Assembly: GCA_030693825.1 (NCBI GenBank)
Contig: JAUXZV010000023.1
Coordinates: 102,984-139,345 of the forward strand
Origin: Myxococcales bacterium
GTDB lineage: Bacteria; Myxococcota; Myxococcia; Myxococcales; Myxococcaceae
DNA length: 36,362 nucleotides
Direction: 5' to 3'
Below, in pieces: positions 1-10,028 of this stretch (position 1 is the stretch's first letter; each line of letters begins with the position of its first letter). The notes below the pieces were generated by a model. The model was not told the DNA's origin, made no database searches, and saw nothing but the letters and a program-made list of their open reading frames with translations. The translations under genes and the position numbers were made by a program.

Positions 1-536
1 TCCAGTGCGCGGCGAGCGGTGACGGCTACGGCCCGTCGGACCACATCAGCTTCTATTCGGCAGGCCTGCCGGTGCTGCACTTCTTCACCGGCGCGCACAA
101 CGACTACCACAAGCCCTCCGACACCCCGGACAAGCTCAACGCCATCGGTATCGCGAAGGTGGCTGAGGTGGTGAGCGCCATCGTCAACACCTCGAAGGAC
201 GTGACGCTGACGTACGCGAAGTTCCCCGCGCCGGTTCGTGGTGACTCACGCAGCTTCAACGCGTCACTCGGCACCGTGCCCAACTATGGCGGTGGCCTGC
301 CGGGCGTGAAGGGCGTGCTCCTCGACGACGTGCGGGCCGGTGGTGGCGCCGAGAAGGCCGGCATGCGGCGGGGCGACGTCATCGTGAAGCTCGGCAAGTA
401 CGACGTCGGCTCGGTCGAGGACCTGATGTTCGTGCTCATGCAGGCGAAGCCGGGCGAGACCGTGACGGGCGTCGTGGTGCGCGAGGGCCAACGCGTGGAG
501 CTCGAGGTGACGTTCCAGGAGGGCAAGCGCCGGTGA
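1..536 (+). CDS. Partial CDS, missing its 5' end: C-terminal part of an M28-family metallopeptidase with a C-terminal PDZ domain
   Basis: The frame stays open to the window start. The motif ISFYSAGLPVLHFFTGAHNDYHKPSDTPDKL matches the M28 peptidase metal-binding region. It is followed by a PDZ-like segment (GLPGVKGVLLDDV...GDVIVKLGKYDV). The stop is at 534-536. Confidence 0.6.
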   Translation, partial: QCAASGDGYGPSDHISFYSAGLPVLHFFTGAHNDYHKPSDTPDKLNAIGIAKVAEVVSAIVNTSKDVTLTYAKFPAPVRGDSRSFNASLGTVPNYGGGLPGVKGVLLDDVRAGGGAEKAGMRRGDVIVKLGKYDVGSVEDLMFVLMQAKPGETVTGVVVREGQRVELEVTFQEGKRR

Positions 537-790
537 AGCTCGGTGGCGATCTCACCAGCACGCGGTGGCTCGTCGGCAAGGGGCTTCTCTTCTTCGTCAT
601 CGTCGGCGTGAGTGGAGGTCTCCTCGTGTTCGAGGAGGACCGCCTCGTTCGCCTCGCGCTCGTCTGCCTCTGCGTCTGGTCGTCGGCGCGCTCGTACTAT
701 TTTCTGTTCTACGTGCTCGAGCGGTACGTCGGCGTCGAAGGGCGCTACGCGGGCCTGCTCGATCTCATCGCGCGACTTCGCAGGCGCTGA
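533..790 (+). CDS. Small hypothetical membrane protein (85 aa, two hydrophobic segments)
   Basis: A GTG start overlaps the stop of the upstream peptidase gene. GC3 is high and consistent with coding. Two predicted TM helices. No recognisable family. Confidence 0.35.
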   Translation: MKLGGDLTSTRWLVGKGLLFFVIVGVSGGLLVFEEDRLVRLALVCLCVWSSARSYYFLFYVLERYVGVEGRYAGLLDLIARLRRR

Positions 791-804
791 GGAGCGTCGT
801 CGGA

Positions 805-1110
805 TCAATCTTCGGCGTGCGGCTCGTCTTCCCCATCATCTTGAGCGAGCACCGCGACGTCCACCGCCTCCTCGAGCTCGACCGCGCTCAGCACCTTCTT
901 GCGCACGGCCTTGGGTGACTGATCACCGGTGTCGGCGACCGCGCAGCTGACGAACGCGAGGTCGGCGAGCGCACGAATCACCCGGGCCCTCCGCGCCGGG
1001 TTCTTTCCAGCCAGGTCCGCTGACGCCTTCTCGAGGAACGCCGCAGCGAGTGACTCGAACAGGTAGACGCGGTTCTCGATGGTGGCTTCGGTCTTGTCGT
1101 TCTTGCCCAT
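805..1110 (-). CDS. Hypothetical protein (101 aa)
   Basis: An ATG at 1108-1110 (minus) is preceded by GGGAGG 5 nt upstream. GC3 is high. The longer track ORF (to 1236) lacks an RBS. No family recognised. Confidence 0.5.
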   Translation of the reverse strand: MGKNDKTEATIENRVYLFESLAAAFLEKASADLAGKNPARRARVIRALADLAFVSCAVADTGDQSPKAVRKKVLSAVELEEAVDVAVLAQDDGEDEPHAED

Positions 1111-1195
1111 GGTGCCTCCCAGTGGAGCGCAAGTCCGCTCGCCAGCCAACCCATCTGCGCAACCCTTGCGCATCAGGTTCTCGGTCCTCCTCAGT

Positions 1196-1219
1196 CGTGC
1201 ATGGCGCGCGCCATGCACG
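1196..1219. promoter_or_regulatory. 24-bp perfect palindrome CGTGCATGGCGCGCGCCATGCACG in the ppdK leader, ending 10 nt before the ppdK ATG
   Basis: The reverse complement is identical to the forward sequence over 1196-1219. It sits where the RBS would be expected. It is either an operator for a dimeric regulator or an RBS-sequestering RNA hairpin. Confidence 0.5.
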
Positions 1220-1229
1220 CGTCGACGGC

Positions 1230-4001
<2,772 letters not shown>

Positions 4002-4021
4002 ACGGACGAAGCGAGATCGCC

Positions 4022-4046
4022 GGGGCGCCGCGTCGTGTGGCGCCTC
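4022..4046 (+). terminator. Candidate stem-loop downstream of ppdK (GGGGCGCC...GGCGCCTC, ~8-bp stem) without a clear U-tract
   Basis: Inverted repeat seen 21 nt after the ppdK stop. Weak as an intrinsic terminator because the trailing sequence is TCCCTTGTGG. Confidence 0.2.
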
Positions 4047-4083
4047 CCTTGTGGCGAGGGGCTGGAGCCCTGACAATCGAGCC

Positions 4084-4809
4084 ATGAGGCGCGACGACTT
4101 CCGCGAAGCCCTGCTCGGCGTGATGGAGCAGAAGCAGCACTGGGCGTGGGCGAGCTTCACGAATGGAACGGTGGCGAAGGCGCTGCTGCACGTGCACCTC
4201 GAGCAGGAGTACGCAGTCTTCGTGCGCGACTTCCCGGTGCTGGTGGGCCGCGCGTACGTGCAGTGCCCGATTCCGTTCGTGCGCCGCGAGCTCGCCGAGA
4301 ACCTCTACGAAGAAGAGACCGGTGGGCTGCACGCGGGCCGGCCGCACCCCGAGCTGTTCCTGGAGTACCCGAAGGGCCTCGGCTTCGAGCTGTCACGCTT
4401 CGAGGCCGTGACGTTGTTACCCGGGGCGAAGCTGTACCGCGGCCTGTTGGATGAGACGACGCAGGCGAGAGGCTGGAGCGTCGCGGCGGCGGTGGTGACG
4501 CTCTTCCTCGAGGGCACGCCGCACGAGCGCTCGCTGTTCGACGCGAACGCGCCGCCGAGGCCCGAGCCGGCGTTGTCGGAGCACCCACTCGTGAAGCACT
4601 ACGGACTGCCCATCGAGTCGCTCGCGTTGACGAAGGCGCATCGCGGGGTCGAGGGCGACCACCGCAAGGCCGCGTGGCGCGTGATGCTCGACCACGTGCC
4701 TGCGTCGGAGCACGCGAACGTCATCGCGTCGATGGAGCAGGTGCTCGCCGCGTGGCTCGTGTACCGCGACGACGTCGCGCTCGCGTGCGGGCTGTCACCG
4801 AGCGCGTGA
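4084..4809 (+). CDS. Heme-oxygenase-fold protein of the TenA/PqqC/CADD-like 'iron-containing redox enzyme' family
   Basis: EQKQHWAW...ALLHVHLEQEYAVFVRDFP...ELAENLYEEETGG resembles the PqqC/TenA/CADD helical-bundle family. Start chosen at ATG 4084 (MRRDDFREAL...). Family assignment is by motif recall only. Confidence 0.5.
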   Translation: MRRDDFREALLGVMEQKQHWAWASFTNGTVAKALLHVHLEQEYAVFVRDFPVLVGRAYVQCPIPFVRRELAENLYEEETGGLHAGRPHPELFLEYPKGLGFELSRFEAVTLLPGAKLYRGLLDETTQARGWSVAAAVVTLFLEGTPHERSLFDANAPPRPEPALSEHPLVKHYGLPIESLALTKAHRGVEGDHRKAAWRVMLDHVPASEHANVIASMEQVLAAWLVYRDDVALACGLSPSA

Positions 4810-4841
4810 CACCTGAGGCCGATTCCTGTGGGCTCCACGCC

Positions 4842-6179
4842 ATGCGAACTGCGCTCGCGGTGATGGCGGTGCTGGTGGCCGGGTGTGAGGCGACCGTGGC
4901 TGAGGTCGATGGAGGCGTTGCAGGAGGCTCCGCTGGAGGTGCAGTCATCGCCGGTGGTGGAGCTGCTGGCGGCGCGAGCGGTGGAAGCAGCGCAGGCGGC
5001 TCGGCTGGTGGAGGCGCGGCGGGAGGCAGCACGGCAGGTGGGGCGAGCGGCGGGAGCGCGGGTGGCTCGGCAGGCGGCGTCGTCGCCGGCGGTGGAAGCC
5101 CGGGTCCGGTCGACGGCGGTACACCCACCTGGAGGCAGGGACTCGCAGCCTGGCAGTGGGTCGAGATCCCGGGCTCGGCGTTGTCGAACCAGCGCGTGGC
5201 AGATCCCTTCAACGGAATGATGGTGGCGCCGACGCAGCGGATCAACGCGTGGAATGGACTCGCGGTGAATCGCGACAACAACCGCGTGTACCTCGCGGGT
5301 GCGGGAGGACACGCCGACTGGGCCGGGAACGAGGCGTACGAGATCGACCTGCAGGCTGATCAACCACGCTGGCGGTTGCTCCGAGGACCGACGCCGGGGA
5401 CGGCGATCAGCGTCGAGGTCGAGTACTACGCCGATGGCCGGCCGAGCTCGACGCACCTCTATTACGCGCTCCAGTACGTCCGGTCGCGCGGCCGCATCTT
5501 CAAGCTGTCGGCGGGGTCGAATTGGGGCTCTGGGAACTTCAGCAGCAGCAAGGTCGACGCGTTTAGCCTGACCAGCAACGATTGGGATCCTGCGGGCACG
5601 TGGGAGGGCGGGATGCCGGCAGGCGGCAACATCGGCCGGCCGTATGCGCAGCATGAGACGACTGACGACGCCTACACCTTCTTCGGAGGTGCGTTCCGCA
5701 AGTGGACCGCATCGACCGCGATGTGGAGCACGCTGGCCGCCCGGCCGAACTACGCCGGCAACGACGTGGTGACCGAGTCACCGTCGGCGGTCGACACGGT
5801 TCGCCAGCGCGTGCTCTTCACGCGAAACGCCTATCGCGTGATGCAGCGGCAGGGCCTCGTCGTGACCTTCAGCGGAACGTCGATGGCGAGCGACGTGACC
5901 TTCACCGGGCCGAGCGCGGCGAGCGCGATTCAGCAGCAGGCGGGCCTCGAGTTCCTCGCGCGTGACGACGCGTACTACTTGAAGACGTCGACTGGCGGCG
6001 CGGTGACGCGAATCAACGCCGACACGTTCGAAGCCACCGTGCAGCCGACGACGGGGCCGCCGCCGCCAGATGCGGTGAACGGCGTGTACAACCGCTGGCG
6101 GTACCTGCCGTTGCTTCGCGGCTTCATGTACCTGCCGTCGGGCTCGTCGAACTTCTGGTTCCTCGCGAGCGCGCCGTAG
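4842..6179 (+). CDS. Lipoprotein with a Gly/Ala/Ser-rich linker and a C-terminal domain of unknown function
   Basis: Start MRTALAVMAVLVAGCEA has a lipobox LVAGC. A ~70-aa GGSAGG low-complexity linker (DNA ~4905-5110) precedes a ~350-aa Trp/Tyr-rich domain with no recognised family. Confidence 0.6.
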   Translation: MRTALAVMAVLVAGCEATVAEVDGGVAGGSAGGAVIAGGGAAGGASGGSSAGGSAGGGAAGGSTAGGASGGSAGGSAGGVVAGGGSPGPVDGGTPTWRQGLAAWQWVEIPGSALSNQRVADPFNGMMVAPTQRINAWNGLAVNRDNNRVYLAGAGGHADWAGNEAYEIDLQADQPRWRLLRGPTPGTAISVEVEYYADGRPSSTHLYYALQYVRSRGRIFKLSAGSNWGSGNFSSSKVDAFSLTSNDWDPAGTWEGGMPAGGNIGRPYAQHETTDDAYTFFGGAFRKWTASTAMWSTLAARPNYAGNDVVTESPSAVDTVRQRVLFTRNAYRVMQRQGLVVTFSGTSMASDVTFTGPSAASAIQQQAGLEFLARDDAYYLKTSTGGAVTRINADTFEATVQPTTGPPPPDAVNGVYNRWRYLPLLRGFMYLPSGSSNFWFLASAP

Positions 6180-6209
6180 GACGCGCTCCATGCTTCCTCG
6201 CGCTGAACG

Positions 6210-9200
6210 TCAGGCCTTCGTCACCTTCACGGTGACGGCGTGGCCGTCGATGTCCATCGCTTCGCCGTCGCCGCTCGCCGGGACATCGAGCTTCACCGCG
6301 AGCACCTCGTCCTTGATGCGCGTGTCGTGCTCGCTGAAACAGAGCTTCAAGTCGGCGTCCGTCGTGGCGAGTGACAGCACGATGCGGTCGGAGACCTCGA
6401 GCCCGCCGTCCTTGCGGGCCTTCTGAACGCGCGACACGACTTCACGCATCAGGCCTTCGCGGCGCAACACGTCGGTGACCTTCGTGTCGAAGGCGACGGT
6501 GAGGTCTCCCGACGACTCGACGACGAACTCGCCCTTCGCGGTACGCGCGACGAGCACGTCGTCTTTCGAGATCGCCTCGCCCTGAACGGTCACGGTGCCG
6601 CCCTGCTCGAGCACCGCCCACTGCTCGCGGGTGAGCGCAGCGATCTCGACCGAGGCGTCTTTCAGCTTCTTGCCCAGCTTCTTTCCGAGCGTCTTGAGGT
6701 TGGGCTTGAAGCTCAAGGTGGCGAGCTCGGCGTCATCGGCCAGCGCGACCACCTGCTTCACGTTGAGCTCTTCTTCGAGCAACTCCGCATGGGCAGTGAG
6801 CGCCGCGCGAACGGCAGCGTCGGTCGAGACCACGGTGAGCGTCTGGAGCGGCTGCCGTGTCTTGAGCTTGTGCTTCTCACGCAGCGCACGGCCGAGGGTG
6901 ACGGTCTCTCGGGCCGACTTCATCGCCAGTTCGACGGCGCGATCGATCTTCTTCTCGTCGGGCTGCGGGTAGTTGCAGAGGTGAACGCTCTCTTCGCCCG
7001 CCTTCGCCATGCCGGTCTCGACGACCAGGTTCTGATGCAGCCGCTCCGCGAAGAACGGCAGCGCCGGAGCGATCACCTTCGAGAACGTCGTGAGCACCTC
7101 GTACAGCGTCGCGTACGCCGAGGCCTTGTCCGTCGCGTCATCGCTCTTCCAGAAACGACGGCGCGATCGACGGATGTACCAGTTCGTCAGATCGTCGATG
7201 AACCCCAGCATCGGCGGCACGACCTTGTCGAGGTAGTACCCCTCCATCTGCGTGTTGATCTCGCGTACCAGCGACTGCAGCACCGAGACGATCCACCGGT
7301 CGAGCTCCGGCCGCTGCTCGAGCGCCGGCGCCTTCGCGAGATCGGTCTTCGGGTTCCACCCATCGACGTTCGCGTAGGTGACGAAGAAGCTCCACGCGTT
7401 CTGGAGCGGCAGCAGCACGGTCCGCACGACTTCCTTCACGCCGGCTTCCGAGAAGCGCAGCGGCTCGGCGCGCACCAGCGGCGAGTTGATCAAGTACGCA
7501 CGCAGCGCATCGGCGCCGTGCTTCTCGATGACCGTGTTCGGGTCCGGGTAGTTCTGCTTGCTCTTCGACATCTTCGAGCCGTCCTCCGCGAGGACGAGCC
7601 CGTTCACGATGACGTTCTTGAACGGCGCCTTGTCGAACAGCGCCGTCGACAACACGAGCAGCGTGTAGAACCAGCCGCGCGTCTGATCGAGGCCCTCGGC
7701 GATGAACTGCGCGGGGAACGCCTGCTCGAACGCTTCCTTGTTCTCGAACGGGTAGTGCACCTGCGCGTACGGCATCGAGCCCGACTCGAACCAGCAGTCG
7801 AACACGTCGGTGATGCGCTTCATCGTCTTGCCGTTCTTCGTGAACGTCAGGTGATCGATCTTGTGTGGGTGCAGATCGGTCACCTTCTCGCCGGTGAGCT
7901 GCTCGAGCTCCTCGACCGACGTGACGCAGTGGAACTCGCTGCCGTCGTCACTGGTCCACAGCGGAATCGGCGTGCCCCAGAAGCGCGAGCGCGAGATCGA
8001 CCAGTCGCGCGCTTCTTTGAGCCAGTTCTCGAAGCGCTTCTCACCGACGAAGCCCGGCACCCAGTGGATGGAGGCGTTGTTCTTCACCATGCGCTCGCGC
8101 AATGGCTCGACCTTCACGTACCAGCTGGGCGTCGTCTTGTAGATGAGCGGCGTGCCGGACCGGTAACAGTACGGGTACTCGTGGCGGATCTGCGTGTGCT
8201 TGAAGAGCGACCCCTGCGCCTTGAGGTCGGCCATGATCTGCTTGTCGGCCTCCTTCACGTTCTTGCCCTGATACGGCGACACCTCGCCGGTGAAGTTGCC
8301 TTCAGCGTCCACCGGGTCGACCAGCTCGATGCCGTTGGCCTGGCACGCCGCGAAGTCGTCTTCACCGAACGCCGGCGCCATGTGCACGAGGCCGGTGCCG
8401 TCAGTGGTGGTGACGTGCGCGGAGTGGATGACGCGGAACGCGCCCTTCGCCTTACGGCTCGCGAAGAACGGGAACAGCGGCACGTACGTCTTGCCGATCA
8501 AGTCCTTGCCCTTGAGCGTCGCGACGACGGTCGCCTTCTCACCGAGCGTCTGCGTCAGCAGGTCCTTCGCGAGCACGTAGCGCTGGCCGTCTTCGTGATC
8601 GGCCACCACGTAGTCGATGTCGTCCTTCACGGCGACGCCGAGGTTCGACGGCAGCGTCCAGGGCGTCGTCGTCCAGATGAGCAGCGACGCCTTCTTCCCT
8701 TCCACCGGTTCATCGAGTGTCAGCCGCACCGTCAGCGCGGGATCGTCGACCGACCGGTAGTCGAGGCCAGCCTCGAAGTTCGACAGCGGCGTCGAGAGCC
8801 GCCACGAGTACGGCATCACGCGACGGCCCTGGTAGACGAGGCCCTTCTTCCACAGCTCGGCGAAGACCCACCAGACGCTCTCCATGAACGAGAGGTCCAT
8901 CGTCTTGTAGTCGTCGTCGAAGTCGACCCAGCGGCCGACGCGGGTGACGGTGCGGCGCCACTCCTCGACGTAGGTGAGCACGCTGCCGCGGCAGGCCTCG
9001 TTGAACTTCGCGACGCCGAACTCCCGAATGCTGCTCGGGCCGGTGAGGTTCAGCGTCTTCTCGACCTGCATCTCGATGGGCAGGCCGTGAGTGTCCCAGC
9101 CGAAGCGGCGCTCGACGCGAAAGCCGCGCATCGTCCAGTAGCGCGGCACGATGTCTTTGAGCGTCGAGGCCACGAGGTGGCCGTAGTGCGGCAGGCCGGT

Positions 9201-9356
9201 CGCGAACGGAGGGCCGTCGTAGAAGATGAAGTTCTTCGCGTCCTTCCGCTGGTCGACCGACCGCTCGAACGTCTTCTGCTGCTTCCAGAGCTCGATGACG
9301 CCGTGCTCCAGCGCTCCGAACTCACCTTCCGACGAGACTTCCTTGAACGAGCCCAC
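6210..9356 (-). CDS. ileS: Isoleucyl-tRNA synthetase, type 2 (eukaryote/archaeal-like)
   Basis: HIGH motif PHYGHLVAST, KMSKS motif GSKMSKSKQNYPDP, and an editing-domain region. Start placed at GTG (9354-9356, minus) with AGGAGG 7 nt upstream, giving MGSFKEVSSEGEF, a typical type-2 IleS N-terminus. An upstream ATG at 9416 is an alternative. Confidence 0.9.
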   Translation of the reverse strand: MGSFKEVSSEGEFGALEHGVIELWKQQKTFERSVDQRKDAKNFIFYDGPPFATGLPHYGHLVASTLKDIVPRYWTMRGFRVERRFGWDTHGLPIEMQVEKTLNLTGPSSIREFGVAKFNEACRGSVLTYVEEWRRTVTRVGRWVDFDDDYKTMDLSFMESVWWVFAELWKKGLVYQGRRVMPYSWRLSTPLSNFEAGLDYRSVDDPALTVRLTLDEPVEGKKASLLIWTTTPWTLPSNLGVAVKDDIDYVVADHEDGQRYVLAKDLLTQTLGEKATVVATLKGKDLIGKTYVPLFPFFASRKAKGAFRVIHSAHVTTTDGTGLVHMAPAFGEDDFAACQANGIELVDPVDAEGNFTGEVSPYQGKNVKEADKQIMADLKAQGSLFKHTQIRHEYPYCYRSGTPLIYKTTPSWYVKVEPLRERMVKNNASIHWVPGFVGEKRFENWLKEARDWSISRSRFWGTPIPLWTSDDGSEFHCVTSVEELEQLTGEKVTDLHPHKIDHLTFTKNGKTMKRITDVFDCWFESGSMPYAQVHYPFENKEAFEQAFPAQFIAEGLDQTRGWFYTLLVLSTALFDKAPFKNVIVNGLVLAEDGSKMSKSKQNYPDPNTVIEKHGADALRAYLINSPLVRAEPLRFSEAGVKEVVRTVLLPLQNAWSFFVTYANVDGWNPKTDLAKAPALEQRPELDRWIVSVLQSLVREINTQMEGYYLDKVVPPMLGFIDDLTNWYIRRSRRRFWKSDDATDKASAYATLYEVLTTFSKVIAPALPFFAERLHQNLVVETGMAKAGEESVHLCNYPQPDEKKIDRAVELAMKSARETVTLGRALREKHKLKTRQPLQTLTVVSTDAAVRAALTAHAELLEEELNVKQVVALADDAELATLSFKPNLKTLGKKLGKKLKDASVEIAALTREQWAVLEQGGTVTVQGEAISKDDVLVARTAKGEFVVESSGDLTVAFDTKVTDVLRREGLMREVVSRVQKARKDGGLEVSDRIVLSLATTDADLKLCFSEHDTRIKDEVLAVKLDVPASGDGEAMDIDGHAVTVKVTKA

Positions 9357-9548
9357 GGTGCGGCCTCCTGAGGTGTCGACGTGTTCGCCTCGACAGACGC
9401 ATGAGTCAACAGCCATCAGACGAGGCAGACCGCGGGTGGGAGGCAAAGTGGACGAACGGCCGGAGTGCCAGACCGTCGGCCTGATGTCGTCTGCGCGGCC
9501 GCGGCGCACGCAACGATGGCGGAACCGCGGGTGCAGCCAGGAGGTCGG

Positions 9549-10007
9549 CTACATCACCCAACCCGGCAACGCGGCTGCCTGCTTCACCCAGGCCACCAGC
9601 TGCGCCTCGTCGAGCGGCTCGTCTTCGCGCAGGTCCAGATAACGCGTGTCCGGGCTCTTGCTCTCACCCGGCGGCTTCGGGCGCAGCGAGGAGCCGCGAA
9701 AGAAGGCCACCTTCACGTACTTCGTGAAGACGTGCAGCCCGAGGAACCAGCTCTGGCCATCGAGGCCATAGAGCGGCGAGTTCCACTTCACGGCTTTGCG
9801 CACGGTGGGCACGCTCCGCACGATGAGCGCGTCGAGCCGCGCGCCCAGCTCACGTTTCCAGCCCGGCATGGCTGCGATGTACGCCTGTACCGGCGTGTCG
9901 CCGTCGCCCTTCGAGATCTGCGGGTTTCCGCCCGAGAGCAGCTTCACGGGCTTCGTTGACTTGCGTGGCGCCTGCTTCGGCTTGCTCGTCGTCCTCCTGG
10001 TGCTCAT
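9549..10007 (-). CDS. DUF1801 (YdhG-like) domain protein
   Basis: VQAYIAAMPGWKRELGARLDALI...AVKWNSPLYG...WFLGLHVFTKYVKVAFFRGSSL is the DUF1801 signature. The ATG at 10007 has AAGGAG 5 nt upstream. It lies 22 nt downstream of the pepN stop, on the same strand. Confidence 0.7.
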   Translation of the reverse strand: MSTRRTTSKPKQAPRKSTKPVKLLSGGNPQISKGDGDTPVQAYIAAMPGWKRELGARLDALIVRSVPTVRKAVKWNSPLYGLDGQSWFLGLHVFTKYVKVAFFRGSSLRPKPPGESKSPDTRYLDLREDEPLDEAQLVAWVKQAAALPGWVM

Positions 10008-10028
10008 CCGCACTCCTTCGTCAGACGG

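Noticed and set aside
4900-5110. Short direct DNA repeats (GGSAGG-encoding) that could be mistaken for a CRISPR or VNTR array. The same applies to 25995-26140 and 36320-36362.
   Set aside because: The repeats are in frame within coding sequences with no spacers of unique sequence and no cas genes. They encode Gly-rich linkers.
6789-9371. 860-aa plus-strand ORF
   Set aside because: Lies entirely antisense to ileS, which has clear HIGH and KMSKS motifs. Low-complexity Arg/Leu/Glu-rich translation typical of antisense frames in high-GC DNA.
9357-9548. Possible T-box or leader structure upstream of ileS (GTCGA...TCGAC inverted pair)
   Set aside because: Only a 5-bp stem with a 10-nt loop. No specifier or T-box consensus visible. 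T-box control is not expected in this lineage.
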